This document shows, one piece after another, positions 39,271-49,245 of a stretch of DNA of 64,000 bases. This DNA is from Ignavibacteriales bacterium (GTDB lineage: Bacteria > Bacteroidota > Ignavibacteria > UBA10030 > UBA6906), in the NCBI GenBank assembly GCA_037441705.1, contig JBBIRR010000005.1, positions 36,265 to 100,264 on the forward strand, read 5' to 3'. Under the pieces are notes generated by a model that saw nothing but the letters and a program-made list of their open reading frames with translations, was not told where the DNA came from and made no database searches. Each line of letters opens with the position of its first letter. The stretch's first letter is position 1. The position numbers and the translations under genes are program-made.

Positions 39271-39775
39271 ATGAGACCGATCGTCATTCTCCTGACTGTC
39301 GCCGGCCTCGAGCTTTCGGGACAGTTCATGCATGCCCGGTGCTATCCCGGTGTACTTGAGGAGTTCGTCGCCCAACAGAAACCTGACGCACCCGATAGCG
39401 TTGCTGCGGGCGATAAGGCGCTGTACTTCTTTCTCATCAACCAACTCGCCGTAAGTTATCAGTCCTTTGTTTCGGACGCTCGTGCGTGGATTGTTTCTGC
39501 AGACATTGCCGGATCCGTTCTGTCCGAAACTCATGCGGCCCGTTTCCTCCGACATCTCGACTACAACAACATGGGAAGCGGGCGTTCTTCTGACCGCTGG
39601 ACTTGAAGCGAAGGTAAGTGAGATTCTCTCTCTTACAGCAAAGTATGATTTGTCTGGAACGTACGCTACGGGCAAAGAAATACGCGAGTGGAGCAGGGGT
39701 GAGTCGGATTACAACATCAAGAGAGGGAAACTCTCGTTGAGTCAGGTTCGCATTGGACTTGTGATCCACTCTTGA
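39271..39775 (+). pseudogene. Probable degraded outer-membrane beta-barrel gene (two overlapping frames)
   Basis: Strong SD and signal-like start in ORF 39271-39606; barrel-like C-terminus (AGLEAKVSEILSLTAKY..VRIGLVIHS) in the +1 frame ORF ending 39775. Confidence 0.45.
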
Positions 39776-39828
39776 GACGCTTGCTGCGGGCACCAAACAC
39801 TGGATGATTCTCAAGGTCGGAGGTGGCG

Positions 39829-40815
39829 ATGACGTATTCACTGGGGAGAGCCGTCAAGGTAATTCTCCTGGCTTCCGTGGCTGCGATCGTAGTCGGCTGT
39901 GCTACGCCATCACAGCGCCGCGATGCTGGTGAGACGATTGTGTTTTCCGAGAACATCAGACAGCAGCTTCGTTCCCTTGAGCGCTCGGTGGTCGGAGTAG
40001 GGGCGGCATTCACGTATCGCGTCGAACTTTTGGGAGGGCCTCGAGGAACGGAAGTCGCCGCCGTCTCTGATACAACCATCGAGGCGTTTGGCGCTGGACT
40101 GGTTCTTTACCATGACAACGGACGAGTCGCCGTCATCACTACACAGCATCTGTTGCGTTCGGATGATACCATTCTTACCTACCATCGGAGTCCCGAAGGA
40201 AAGCAGACACATGTTCCGGCAACCCGATCGGTCAGGACGAAGTCAACCTATTTCATTGACGATCAGACTCCGCAGCTGAAGAAGGCGGAAGTACTTTGTA
40301 CAGACCTTCGGTCTGATCTGGGGCTTCTCACGGTGGAGATGACCATGCCAAGCGGTCTTGCCTTCGGCCGTTCGGTTGCGTATGGGCGGAAGCTCGACTG
40401 GGGAGAGATGGTGTACGTGTTCGGCTTTCCACGACAAACCAAACAACTGACGTTTGGGATGGTGAGTCCCAGTCGCTATCCGGGGAACTTCGTGATCGAC
40501 GCGGTGACGCGGTTCGGATACTCGGGCGGACCGGTGTTTGCCGTCGGCAAGGATGGCGAATTAGAATTGGCGGGCGTTGTGCGAGCGATGGCCGCTGAGG
40601 AGATCGAGTTTCTCGCTCCACCGCCGGATGTAGTGCCGGGCAAGCAGCTCGTACCTGAGGAGCTTGCACGCGTTCGTGCCAATCGCAAACACTTGATCGA
40701 GTATGGGATGACCTTCGGTATCGAAGCGGAACGCATCGGACAATTCCTGCTGCAATGTCGTGGTGTGTTGGAAGGACGCGGGATCGTGCTCTCCTCCCGG
40801 CTCTTTCCTCAATAG
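39829..40815 (+). CDS. Trypsin-like (S1) serine protease lipoprotein
   Basis: Lipobox VVGC; triad motifs TTQHLL, SDLGLL, GYSGGPV. Confidence 0.8.
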   Translation: MTYSLGRAVKVILLASVAAIVVGCATPSQRRDAGETIVFSENIRQQLRSLERSVVGVGAAFTYRVELLGGPRGTEVAAVSDTTIEAFGAGLVLYHDNGRVAVITTQHLLRSDDTILTYHRSPEGKQTHVPATRSVRTKSTYFIDDQTPQLKKAEVLCTDLRSDLGLLTVEMTMPSGLAFGRSVAYGRKLDWGEMVYVFGFPRQTKQLTFGMVSPSRYPGNFVIDAVTRFGYSGGPVFAVGKDGELELAGVVRAMAAEEIEFLAPPPDVVPGKQLVPEELARVRANRKHLIEYGMTFGIEAERIGQFLLQCRGVLEGRGIVLSSRLFPQ

Positions 40816-40854
40816 CATCCCATGCATGAAGCAGAGAAAACGGCAGGGCGAACA

Positions 40855-41325
40855 ATGCCAGCGCATTACACACATACACAGGTGGGCTCCCAGATGCTCC
40901 TCGTGCTGACCGTCGGCATCTCTGTCGTTACGTTCTGGATGGTGTTCGAGGGATTCAATTGGATTGCGTTTGTCGCGCTTGTGGTGTTGGATGTTGCGTT
41001 GATTCTCTTCTCAACTCTCACCGTCGTCATTGCCGACGGAACGCTGGAGGTCATCTTCGGCCCCGGCATGATGCGCAAGCGGTTCGAGTTGAGAGATGTT
41101 TGTGAATGCCGGGCGGTGACAAATCCGTTCTGGTGGGGCATTCGCTGGACGCCACAGGGTTGGCTCTACAATGTCTTCGGCAGCCGTGCTGTGGAGCTTT
41201 CCATGCGCAACGGGAAGCGCTACCGTATCGGGACGGATGCGCCGGAGGAGCTTGTGGAAGCCATCCATCGGGCGCTCGGTGTTTCCTCTTCACATCCAAA
41301 CGTTGATCATCCTCATTCGTTCTAA
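40855..41325 (+). CDS. Hypothetical membrane protein (two TM helices plus bacterial PH-like domain)
   Basis: YTHTQVG, FSTLTV..FGPG, WGIR..GWLYNV.G..AVEL..RIGTD.PEEL. Confidence 0.75.
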   Translation: MPAHYTHTQVGSQMLLVLTVGISVVTFWMVFEGFNWIAFVALVVLDVALILFSTLTVVIADGTLEVIFGPGMMRKRFELRDVCECRAVTNPFWWGIRWTPQGWLYNVFGSRAVELSMRNGKRYRIGTDAPEELVEAIHRALGVSSSHPNVDHPHSF

Positions 41326-41341
41326 GCAAGGAAACTCGATC

Positions 41342-41899
41342 ATGGCTGAACAATCGGAAGAACGAGAAGAACTCAACCGCGGGCGTTCCCAACACTCGCC
41401 CTCGATCGTGGTTATTGGAGTGGGGAATGAATTCAGAAGCGATGACGGCCTGGGCATTTATGCCGTACGCGAGATGCGTCTTCGCATGCAAACCGCAGAA
41501 CATCGCCTGCCTCAGCCGATCGCGTTTGTGGAAGAAAGCGGCGAAGCGACAGCGTTGATGCAAGCCTGGGAAGGCTACCGGCATGTGTTCATCATCGATG
41601 CCGTGCGGTCGGGCAAGGCGCCGGGATACGTGCACGTGATTGATGCTCTCAGTGAAGCCGTCCCTGTTGATTTCTTCTTGTCTTCGAGTCATCACCTTGG
41701 CATCGCGGAGGCTGTCGAGATGGCAAGAAAGCTGAACCGGCTGCCCCAGACGCTCAAGCTCTACGGCATCGAAGGGGAAACGATGGAGCCGGGCATCGGA
41801 CTTTCTGAACCCGTCGTCCGCAGCATGACGGATCTGTTTCACCTCTTGGAGGAAGACATCCGGAATGCCGCAGCGCCAAACGTTCTGGAGCATTTATAG
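41342..41899 (+). CDS. Hydrogenase maturation protease
   Basis: IGVGNEFRSDDGLG, IIDAV, SSHHLG, GLSEPV; near the hydrogenase large subunit gene. Confidence 0.92.
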   Translation: MAEQSEEREELNRGRSQHSPSIVVIGVGNEFRSDDGLGIYAVREMRLRMQTAEHRLPQPIAFVEESGEATALMQAWEGYRHVFIIDAVRSGKAPGYVHVIDALSEAVPVDFFLSSSHHLGIAEAVEMARKLNRLPQTLKLYGIEGETMEPGIGLSEPVVRSMTDLFHLLEEDIRNAAAPNVLEHL

Positions 41900-42100
41900 G
41901 CGTGCCGGCGTTTCGCATTTCTGGCAAAATTGCGCGTCGTTTTCCTAAGATTTGGGAATCCGACACACACGTCGCATGAGTTTGCCTCGTCTCTCGTCGA
42001 TGTCTTGAGGCATGAATGTTGAAACCTACAAAGGGTGAAATGCATGCCCATCAAGCAGGCGAACCTACCACCGTACGACCTGCAACAAGGATATGATACG

Positions 42101-42316
42101 ATGAAGCGCACGACTGCAAGGATCGAAGAAATCTTTGTGGAGGGGGGAGTCACGAAAGCGCGAGTTGTTGTAAATGGCAAACGCCTTTCGGCGGCGCTCA
42201 CCCTCATGCTCGATGCCCGCGTCGGAGATGAAGTGGTCCTCGAATCCGGATTTGCTTTTCCGAGTCCGGCAGCCAGCCGCCAGAGGACAGTCGAGGAGTC
42301 GGACGTCGCGGTATGA
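42101..42316 (+). CDS. HypC/HybG-like small OB-fold protein lacking canonical Cys and His
   Basis: ARIEEI..ARVVVNG..LTLMLDARVGDEVVLESGFA resembles HypC VGDYVLVHxGFA; AAGGA SD. Confidence 0.6.
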   Translation: MKRTTARIEEIFVEGGVTKARVVVNGKRLSAALTLMLDARVGDEVVLESGFAFPSPAASRQRTVEESDVAV

Positions 42317-43875
42317 GTGTCGGTTCTCAGGCGGCGGAGCCTACGGCGTACGCGCTCAGCAATCCTCTTACGGCACTTCTTGATAAGGAACCGCGATGCT
42401 TTACCCGCGAGGATCTTCTGAGGGTGGTGGAACGGCGGGGGATCGAGCGCATTACCTTCCACTATACGGCATTGGATGGCAAGCTCAAGGAACTGCGCAT
42501 TCCCATCAGCAGTAGAGCGCAAGCGGAGCGCATCCTCGCCGACGGCGAACGGGTCGACGGTTCGTCGCTCTTCAAAGGCATTGTTGATACGGCCCTCTCC
42601 GATCTCTACGTCGTACCCGTCTACAAAAGCGCGTTCATCAATCCGTTCGATCAGCAGAGTCTCGACTTTCTATGCCGCTACTTCACCAAAGAAGGAGAGC
42701 GAGCGCCGTTTGCCCTCGACACGATCCTTCATCGGGCGGCGAAAGTATTTCAGGAACGGACGGGACTGGAGCTGCGCGCCCTGGGCGAGCTGGAGTTTTT
42801 TCTGTTGAGCGAGCCGAAGGCGCCGATCTATCACTCCCAAAAACAGAGGGGCTATCACACGTCGGCCCCGTTTATGAAGAGCGGCCCGATACTGAACGAG
42901 ATGGCGCGGTGCATTGCGCAGTGCACGGGCGCCGTCAAGTACGCGCACAGCGAGGTGGGATATGTCGAGAGTGTTCGCAGCGACCTCGAGGAAATCGCCG
43001 GCAAGCAGGCAGAGCAACTGGAGGTGGAGTTTCTGCCGGCGCCGGTGGAAGACGCCGCCGACTTTCTTGTGCTTGCGCGATGGATTATCCGCACGGTTGC
43101 GTACAACCATAACTGTGTTGCGACATTCACGCCGAAATTAGAAGAGGGCATTGCGGGCAATGGGATGCACGTGCATCTGGAAGCCCTGCGTAACGGCCGC
43201 AACGTCATGACGAACGACGATGGAACGCTCTCCGAATCGGCACGCAGAATAATCGGCGGACTGTGCGCGTATGCGGATTCGTTGACGGCGTTCGGCAATA
43301 CGGTGTCTGCAGCCTACCTGCGCCTCGTGCCGAATCAGGAAGCGCCGACCCGCATTTGCTGGAGCGACATGAACCGCAGCGCAATGATTCGTGTGCCGCT
43401 GGGATGGGGATGCGTGAGCAATCTCGCAGGCAAGGTGAATCCCCAGCAGGAAGTCCTGCCGCTGGAGAAAGAACCGCGACAAACCGTCGAATTACGCAGC
43501 CCCGATGGCAGCGCCCTCGTTCACCTGTTGCTCGCGGGAATTACGCTCGCCGCCGAATGGGGACTGACACATGAGGAAAGCTTGAGTTTAGCGGAGCGGT
43601 TGTATGTATCGGGAAATGTTTTCGGCGATAACGGCAGAAGAGAATACCTGCCCAGCCTGCCGAAGAGTTGCGTCGAATCCTCGCGGATACTGTTGGAGAA
43701 GCGTGACCTGTACGAACGAATGAATGTGTTTCCACCCGGCGTCATCACGTATGTTGCCGGGTTGCTCGCGGCAGAAGACGACGAGACGATGAACCGACGT
43801 CTCATCGACCTGCCGGCCGATGACCGACTCCACGAAACACGCAGAATCATGCATCGCGACATCCATCGTCATTAA
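42313..43875 (+). CDS. glnA: Glutamine synthetase family protein (type I-like)
   Basis: VDGSS, ELEFF, HSEVG, QLEVEF, GNGMHVH, YLRLVPNQEAP, NRSAMIRVP, ELRSPD. Confidence 0.82.
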   Translation: MSVGSQAAEPTAYALSNPLTALLDKEPRCFTREDLLRVVERRGIERITFHYTALDGKLKELRIPISSRAQAERILADGERVDGSSLFKGIVDTALSDLYVVPVYKSAFINPFDQQSLDFLCRYFTKEGERAPFALDTILHRAAKVFQERTGLELRALGELEFFLLSEPKAPIYHSQKQRGYHTSAPFMKSGPILNEMARCIAQCTGAVKYAHSEVGYVESVRSDLEEIAGKQAEQLEVEFLPAPVEDAADFLVLARWIIRTVAYNHNCVATFTPKLEEGIAGNGMHVHLEALRNGRNVMTNDDGTLSESARRIIGGLCAYADSLTAFGNTVSAAYLRLVPNQEAPTRICWSDMNRSAMIRVPLGWGCVSNLAGKVNPQQEVLPLEKEPRQTVELRSPDGSALVHLLLAGITLAAEWGLTHEESLSLAERLYVSGNVFGDNGRREYLPSLPKSCVESSRILLEKRDLYERMNVFPPGVITYVAGLLAAEDDETMNRRLIDLPADDRLHETRRIMHRDIHRH

Positions 43876-43915
43876 CTGAGAACGATCCAAGCTACCAACA
43901 CGAAAGGAGTATCCT

Positions 43916-45931
43916 ATGATTCGGAGAACGACTGCTCTCCTTCTTCTTGTCCTGAGCCTGCCCCTGTCTGCTTTCGCCCAAAGTGAAGTGTCCAGGAAGG
44001 GGGCCGAGTATTGCTCGGAGAAGAAGATCAATAGTTCATGGAACGTCGAGCCGTCCGCCTTCTCACCTGGAAGCCCGCGGCATTCGTACGACGTGCTCGA
44101 GTACAAACTTGATCTCGACATCTACAACTGCTTTCTCAGTCCTTACCCGAAATCCTTCTCGGGGATCGAGATCATTACCTTCCGCGTGGATACTGCCTTG
44201 CAGGCGATCCAGCTGAACGCGGTCAACACTTCGTTGGTGATCGATTCGGTGGCGCTTGCCGGCGTTTCGTTCACGCACGCTTCGAATATCCTCACCGTCA
44301 ACCTCGATCGAACGTATCAGCCCAACGAGGTTGTGCAGGTGAAGATCTACTACCGCCACAACAACGTGACGGACAATGCATTTTATGCCAGCAACGGGAT
44401 GGTGTTCACCGATTGCGAGCCGGAAGGTGCGCGCAAGTGGTTCCCGTGCTGGGATCGTCCGGCCGACAAGGCGACGCTGAACCTCCGGGCGAAGGTTCCG
44501 GCAACAGTGAAGCTCGGCTCCAACGGCAGACTTGCAGATTCGGTGCGCGTTGCAGACACGCTGTGGTACAACTGGATCAGCCGCGATCCCATTACAACGT
44601 ACCTCATGGTCATCTCTGCGAAAGTCAACTACAATCTCGACATCGTCTTCTGGCGCAATCCGGAAAGTCCCAACGACAGCATCCCGATTCGTTTCTACTG
44701 GAACGCCGGTGAGAACACGACGAATCTGAACAACATCAAGCAGAAGATTGTGCCGATGACAACCGAGTTCTCACGGCTCTTCGGCGTCCATCCGTTTGAG
44801 AAGAACGGATTTGCAACGCTGAACAGCTCGTTTCCGTGGGGAGGGATGGAGAACCAGACGTTGACCAGCCTGTGCCCGAACTGCTGGAGCGAAAACCTCG
44901 TCTCGCACGAGTATGCGCATCAATGGTTCGGCGATATGATTTCGCCCGGCACCTGGGCGGACATCTGGCTGAACGAAGGATTTGCGACGTACGGCGAGGC
45001 GCTCTGGTACGAATACACCGGCGGCTACACCGCATACAAGAATGATATCATCGGGGATGCGAACGGCTATTTGAGCGGCAACCCGGGCTGGCCCATCTAC
45101 AATCCGTCGTGGGCAATCAACACTCCGCCGAACAGTCAACTATTCAACACGGCCATCACCTACTACAAAGGCGCATGCGTGCTGCACATGCTGCGGTATA
45201 CGCTCGGCGACTCGCTGTTCTTTGCCGTGCTCAAGGCGTACGCAACGGACACCCTGAATTTCAAACACAAAACGGCGGTCACCGCCGACTTCATCACGAA
45301 GGTGAACACCGTAACGGGACAGAATCTGAATTGGTTCTTCGATCAATGGGTGTACAACCCTAACCACCCCGTCTATCAGAACGGTTACAGCTTCACGAAC
45401 CTCGGCGGCGGACTGTGGCGCGTGACGTTCCTCGCGCGGCAAACGCAAACCAACACCGTCTTCTTCCAGATGCCGCTGGAGCTGAAGATCACGTTTGCCT
45501 CAGGGCCGGATACAACCGTGCGCGTGTTCAACAACACCAACAACCAGCTCTTTACGTTCACCTTCAACCGCCAACCGACAGGCTTTCAGTTCGATCCCAA
45601 CAACGACATCGTGCTGAAGCAGGGCACAACCACGGTGCTGGATGTTGCGCAGACGGACGGATTGCCAGCAGCTTTTGCCCTGTATCAGAACTATCCCAAT
45701 CCGTTCAATCCTGTCACGACCATCAAGTACGACATTCCCCGGCAGGCGCATGTGGTGCTGACCGTTCATGATATCCTGGGCAGAAGGGTAGCCGCGTTGG
45801 TGGATGAGACTCTGCCCGGAGGAAGCTATGCCGTGCAATTCGATGGCAGTGGCCTGAGTTCCGGCATGTACTTCTATCGGCTGGAAGCTGCAGATTTTTC
45901 GCAGACGCGTGTGCTTGCGCTGATCAAGTAA
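43916..45931 (+). CDS. M1 family aminopeptidase with T9SS CTD
   Basis: GGMEN, SHEYAHQWFG..WLNEGFATY, YYKGA.VLHMLR; QNYPNPFNP. Confidence 0.94.
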   Translation: MIRRTTALLLLVLSLPLSAFAQSEVSRKGAEYCSEKKINSSWNVEPSAFSPGSPRHSYDVLEYKLDLDIYNCFLSPYPKSFSGIEIITFRVDTALQAIQLNAVNTSLVIDSVALAGVSFTHASNILTVNLDRTYQPNEVVQVKIYYRHNNVTDNAFYASNGMVFTDCEPEGARKWFPCWDRPADKATLNLRAKVPATVKLGSNGRLADSVRVADTLWYNWISRDPITTYLMVISAKVNYNLDIVFWRNPESPNDSIPIRFYWNAGENTTNLNNIKQKIVPMTTEFSRLFGVHPFEKNGFATLNSSFPWGGMENQTLTSLCPNCWSENLVSHEYAHQWFGDMISPGTWADIWLNEGFATYGEALWYEYTGGYTAYKNDIIGDANGYLSGNPGWPIYNPSWAINTPPNSQLFNTAITYYKGACVLHMLRYTLGDSLFFAVLKAYATDTLNFKHKTAVTADFITKVNTVTGQNLNWFFDQWVYNPNHPVYQNGYSFTNLGGGLWRVTFLARQTQTNTVFFQMPLELKITFASGPDTTVRVFNNTNNQLFTFTFNRQPTGFQFDPNNDIVLKQGTTTVLDVAQTDGLPAAFALYQNYPNPFNPVTTIKYDIPRQAHVVLTVHDILGRRVAALVDETLPGGSYAVQFDGSGLSSGMYFYRLEAADFSQTRVLALIK

Positions 45932-45946
45932 GCGCCGCTCGTAAAG

Positions 45947-45987
45947 AAGCTGTCACGGCGCTTCCGTGTCGTGACAGCTTTCCTTTT
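45947..45987 (+). terminator. Rho-independent terminator
   Basis: AAGCTGTCACGGC / GTCGTGACAGCTT stem followed by TCCTTTT. Confidence 0.75.
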
Positions 45988-46064
45988 CCTTTCGACTCTC
46001 CCCGAGAGTTTGTATCTTGATCTCCGAGTTTTTCTTATCTCCTCATCACCATTCATGGATTGCC

Positions 46065-46616
46065 GTGAACCGACAGGATGCACTGAGTCTTTTGTTCGAA
46101 TACACAAAAACCGACAGTCTGCGCAAACACGCGCTGGCAGTGGAAGCAGCAATGCGCTCGTACGCGCGGAAATTTGGAGAGGATGAGGAAACGTGGGGGA
46201 TCGTCGGTTTGCTGCACGACTTTGATTACGAGATGCACCCGAACGTCCCCGATCATCCGATGAAAGGCTCGGAGATCTTGAAGCAGCGCGGCTACTCCGA
46301 GGAAATCCGCACCACCATCATCAGTCACGTGCCCGACATGAACGTGCCGCGAGAGACGCTGATGGCGAAGACACTGTTTGCATGCGATGAGCTGTGCGGC
46401 TTCATTGTCGCGTGTGCGTTGGTTCGGCCCAACAAGCTGGAAGACCTCGCCGCTTCATCCGTCAAGAAGAAGCTCAAGGACAAAGCGTTTGCGCGTACAG
46501 TAAGTCGCGAGCATATCACGCGGGGGATCGAGGAGCTCGGCGTGCCCGCGGACGAGCATATTACCTTTGTCATCGGGGCGTTGCGGGAAGTTGCAGGCGA
46601 GATCGGGCTGAAGTGA
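46065..46616 (+). CDS. HD (HDIG) domain metal-dependent phosphohydrolase
   Basis: LRKHALAVE, GLLHDFDYE, ACDELCG, KDKAFA; GTG start inferred. Confidence 0.88.
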   Translation: MNRQDALSLLFEYTKTDSLRKHALAVEAAMRSYARKFGEDEETWGIVGLLHDFDYEMHPNVPDHPMKGSEILKQRGYSEEIRTTIISHVPDMNVPRETLMAKTLFACDELCGFIVACALVRPNKLEDLAASSVKKKLKDKAFARTVSREHITRGIEELGVPADEHITFVIGALREVAGEIGLK

Positions 46617-46640
46617 TCGGGGAAGATTGGTGACAGTTGT

Positions 46641-47519
46641 TTACCAGAAATCGAACGCAAAGCCGAGTCCGACGTTCTCTCTTCGAATGTCATAATACTG
46701 ACTAAAAGGATCGAGGCCGTTGTAATAACTGAGAAAGATTTTCAGTCCCGTTCCACTCCAGCCTCCAAACTTCACACCGCCTTCAAGGTTGTTCGTGCCA
46801 ATGCCGGCGGGAATGCGCCGGAACGTGAAGTGATCGGCAAGATACAGATTGAACGGACGCCCGAAGACGTCCCCCGTTGTTGCATGCAGCTCGAATCCTC
46901 CGTGTAATTCAACCCGCTGAATGTTCGTCGGCCTGATGAGCGTAGCGTAGCTGAAACCGCCGTATACCTGCACGGTTATGTTCGATGGCGGAAATTCGTA
47001 CAGCGCGAGAAGTTCCCCAAAATCCCGCGTGAACGGAATAGGCGCGCGGTTGTCCTTCCACGTTTGGGTTGCGTTGCTGAAGTGGCCGTCAAGAAAGTGT
47101 GCGCTCAAATGAAGAATGCGCAAGCGGAGAACGAGGTGAGAATGATTCTCGAACCGATTGAGGTATGCGACGTGTCCGCCGAAGAATCCGTCGACCGCAT
47201 CGATTTGAAGCCGTAGCCCTTCCGAGCTGGTGGAGAGGGCATAGGTGAAGAAGTCAATTCCTACTCTGAAACGCTTCGTTGAGTCGGGCCAGGGACGAAC
47301 CTCCAGCATGTCTACCGACGCGCCGATATCCACTTTCATCTTCGAACTCCCGATTTCTTTTCGCAATCCAACACGCGGCTCCTGATAGGATGCCACGAGG
47401 GGCGCAACCGCAAGCCGGCCCGGAAGGAAGATAACCGACGCGTCATCGGGTGGCGACCCTTGGGCAAAAGAACTGAACACACAGACGAAGATGAGAACGA
47501 GGGATGCAGCGCGAGTCAC
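46641..47519 (-). CDS. DUF1207-like outer-membrane protein
   Basis: Signal peptide, PLVASYQEPR, RILHLSAHFLDG, YYNG.DPFSQY, aromatic C-terminus. Confidence 0.65.
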   Translation of the reverse strand: MTRAASLVLIFVCVFSSFAQGSPPDDASVIFLPGRLAVAPLVASYQEPRVGLRKEIGSSKMKVDIGASVDMLEVRPWPDSTKRFRVGIDFFTYALSTSSEGLRLQIDAVDGFFGGHVAYLNRFENHSHLVLRLRILHLSAHFLDGHFSNATQTWKDNRAPIPFTRDFGELLALYEFPPSNITVQVYGGFSYATLIRPTNIQRVELHGGFELHATTGDVFGRPFNLYLADHFTFRRIPAGIGTNNLEGGVKFGGWSGTGLKIFLSYYNGLDPFSQYYDIRRENVGLGFAFDFW

Positions 47520-47551
47520 GATGGTTCAATGCAATGTGTTTGGGCGAACGC

Positions 47552-47580
47552 AATATATGCAACGGGCAAAGGACAAGCAA
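47552..47580 (-). promoter_or_regulatory. sigma70-type promoter for DUF1207-like gene
   Basis: Minus strand TTGCTT-N17-TATATT, 32 nt before the start. Confidence 0.55.
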
Positions 47581-47654
47581 CGTTTGAATCTCAGCGCATA
47601 TTTGACTAATTTTGATGCGCTTTGTTCATGCCCAATTCACAATGGAGGACGACA

Positions 47655-48410
47655 ATGAAACGCGTTCTGTTCACGCTGTGTCTCATGAGTGTGCTTGCAG
47701 CAAGCAGTGTTGCGCAGGAGGAGCCGATTCCGCCGAAGCGTTCGAAGGCGGCAAAGATCGGAGGGTTGTTCGGCTACACGCCGGGTTGGCTCTTCGTGGA
47801 CACCAAACCGATCAATGACTTCATCGTTCCTGCAAAGGGCGCATCACTGAAAGAGGGCGGCGTGTACATGAACGGTATAGGAGGCGGGCTGTACATCATG
47901 TTTGTGCCCAATCTGCGCGTAGGCGGACTCGGCATGAGCGGCTCGAGTAGAAGCACGTCGCTTGATGGCTTCGGCGTACGGCGGGATGTGGAGATGGAAG
48001 TCAGCTTCGGCGGCGTAACACTCGAATACGTCGTGCCGATCGTCGAACGGCTCGATTTCGCCGTTGGCACAATGCTGGGCTGGGGAGGCATGAGTCTCAC
48101 CCTGCGTCAGGACAACGGCGGCTCGCTGACGTGGAACGGTGAATGGGGGAACTTCGGCAATCCGGGAAGCGCCGGCCCCGTCTATAACCTCACACGAAAA
48201 CTCTCCGGCTCTTACTTCGTGTACGTCCCTTCAGTAAACTTCGAGTATGCACTTCTCGGCTGGATTGGTCTGCGGCTCGGCGCGAGCTACGTTGGTATGG
48301 CATTGCCCTCTTGGAAGGTTGACGACAAGTACGACCTGCTCGGCGTCCCCTCCAAGGTGAGCGGCAAGGGATTTATGATCAATGCGGGATTGTTTGTGGG
48401 GACCTTCTGA
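47655..48410 (+). CDS. Outer-membrane beta-barrel protein
   Basis: Signal peptide, Gly/aromatic alternating strands, terminal Phe; GGAGG SD. Confidence 0.7.
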   Translation: MKRVLFTLCLMSVLAASSVAQEEPIPPKRSKAAKIGGLFGYTPGWLFVDTKPINDFIVPAKGASLKEGGVYMNGIGGGLYIMFVPNLRVGGLGMSGSSRSTSLDGFGVRRDVEMEVSFGGVTLEYVVPIVERLDFAVGTMLGWGGMSLTLRQDNGGSLTWNGEWGNFGNPGSAGPVYNLTRKLSGSYFVYVPSVNFEYALLGWIGLRLGASYVGMALPSWKVDDKYDLLGVPSKVSGKGFMINAGLFVGTF

Positions 48411-48440
48411 CCTGCCCTGTTTCGGGTTGACAAGAGCGGC

Positions 48441-49235
48441 TTATTTCTTCAGTCTTTCCAGCGCTTTGCTGGCGGCAGCCTGCTCGGCTTCCTTCTTGTT
48501 CTTACCTACGCCGATCCCCCGCTTCTTGCCGCTGATGCTGACTTCAACGGTGAACGTGCGATCGTGATCGGGGCCTTCTTCCTTCACGATGGTATAGCGC
48601 GGCACGCCCAGCCCATGGGCCTGCGCATACTCTAACAGCATGCTCTTGTAGTTTTCGTCGGAGGTGACAACGGTCCGATTCCGCAAAGCCTCCTTGAGCT
48701 GGCGTTCGACAAATTGCTTTGCTGCTGCAAAGCCGCCGTCGAGATAGATGGCAGCGATGAGTGCCTCGTACGTATCGGCCACAATCGTTTCCGATCCTTT
48801 TCCCATGGATTGCTGCGCGCTCTGGCTCATGAGGATGAACCTGCCCAAATCAATATTCTTCGAGTAGGCGACCAACGCTTTGCGGTTGACCAGCCGCGAG
48901 CGGACTTTTGTCAGCTCGCCTTCATCTGCCTCGGGAAAGTTGTGATAGAGGAACTCGCCGACAACCAGATTGAGAATCGAATCGCCGAGGAACTCGAGGC
49001 GCTCGTTCGATTGGCCGTGTTGATTCGTCTGCTGAAGGTACGAACGATGGATGAGCGCTTGAACGAAAAGATCGGGATTACGGATGGAATAGCCGATAGC
49101 CTGTTCCAGTTGGTCGAGCGACGAGGGGAGCGTGAGAGTCGGCCCCGCCCCCCTGCGGGAAACCGTCGTGTGTGAGAGGCTCGGCTCTCCTCTGCGCTTG
49201 AGCACAGAGGAGAGCAGCTCCTTCAACCACCGCAT
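48441..49235 (-). CDS. rnc: Ribonuclease III
   Basis: HRSY, NERLEFLGDS, ADTYEALIAAIYLD, dsRBD with GPDH and KKEAEQ.AA. Confidence 0.96.
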   Translation of the reverse strand: MRWLKELLSSVLKRRGEPSLSHTTVSRRGAGPTLTLPSSLDQLEQAIGYSIRNPDLFVQALIHRSYLQQTNQHGQSNERLEFLGDSILNLVVGEFLYHNFPEADEGELTKVRSRLVNRKALVAYSKNIDLGRFILMSQSAQQSMGKGSETIVADTYEALIAAIYLDGGFAAAKQFVERQLKEALRNRTVVTSDENYKSMLLEYAQAHGLGVPRYTIVKEEGPDHDRTFTVEVSISGKKRGIGVGKNKKEAEQAAASKALERLKK

Positions 49236-49245
49236 GAATCACCTG

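Noticed and set aside
41900-42100. Possible riboswitch or sigma54 site upstream of the HypC-like/glnA genes
   Set aside because: No recognisable riboswitch consensus; AGGCAT-N5-TTGAA lacks the -12 GC.
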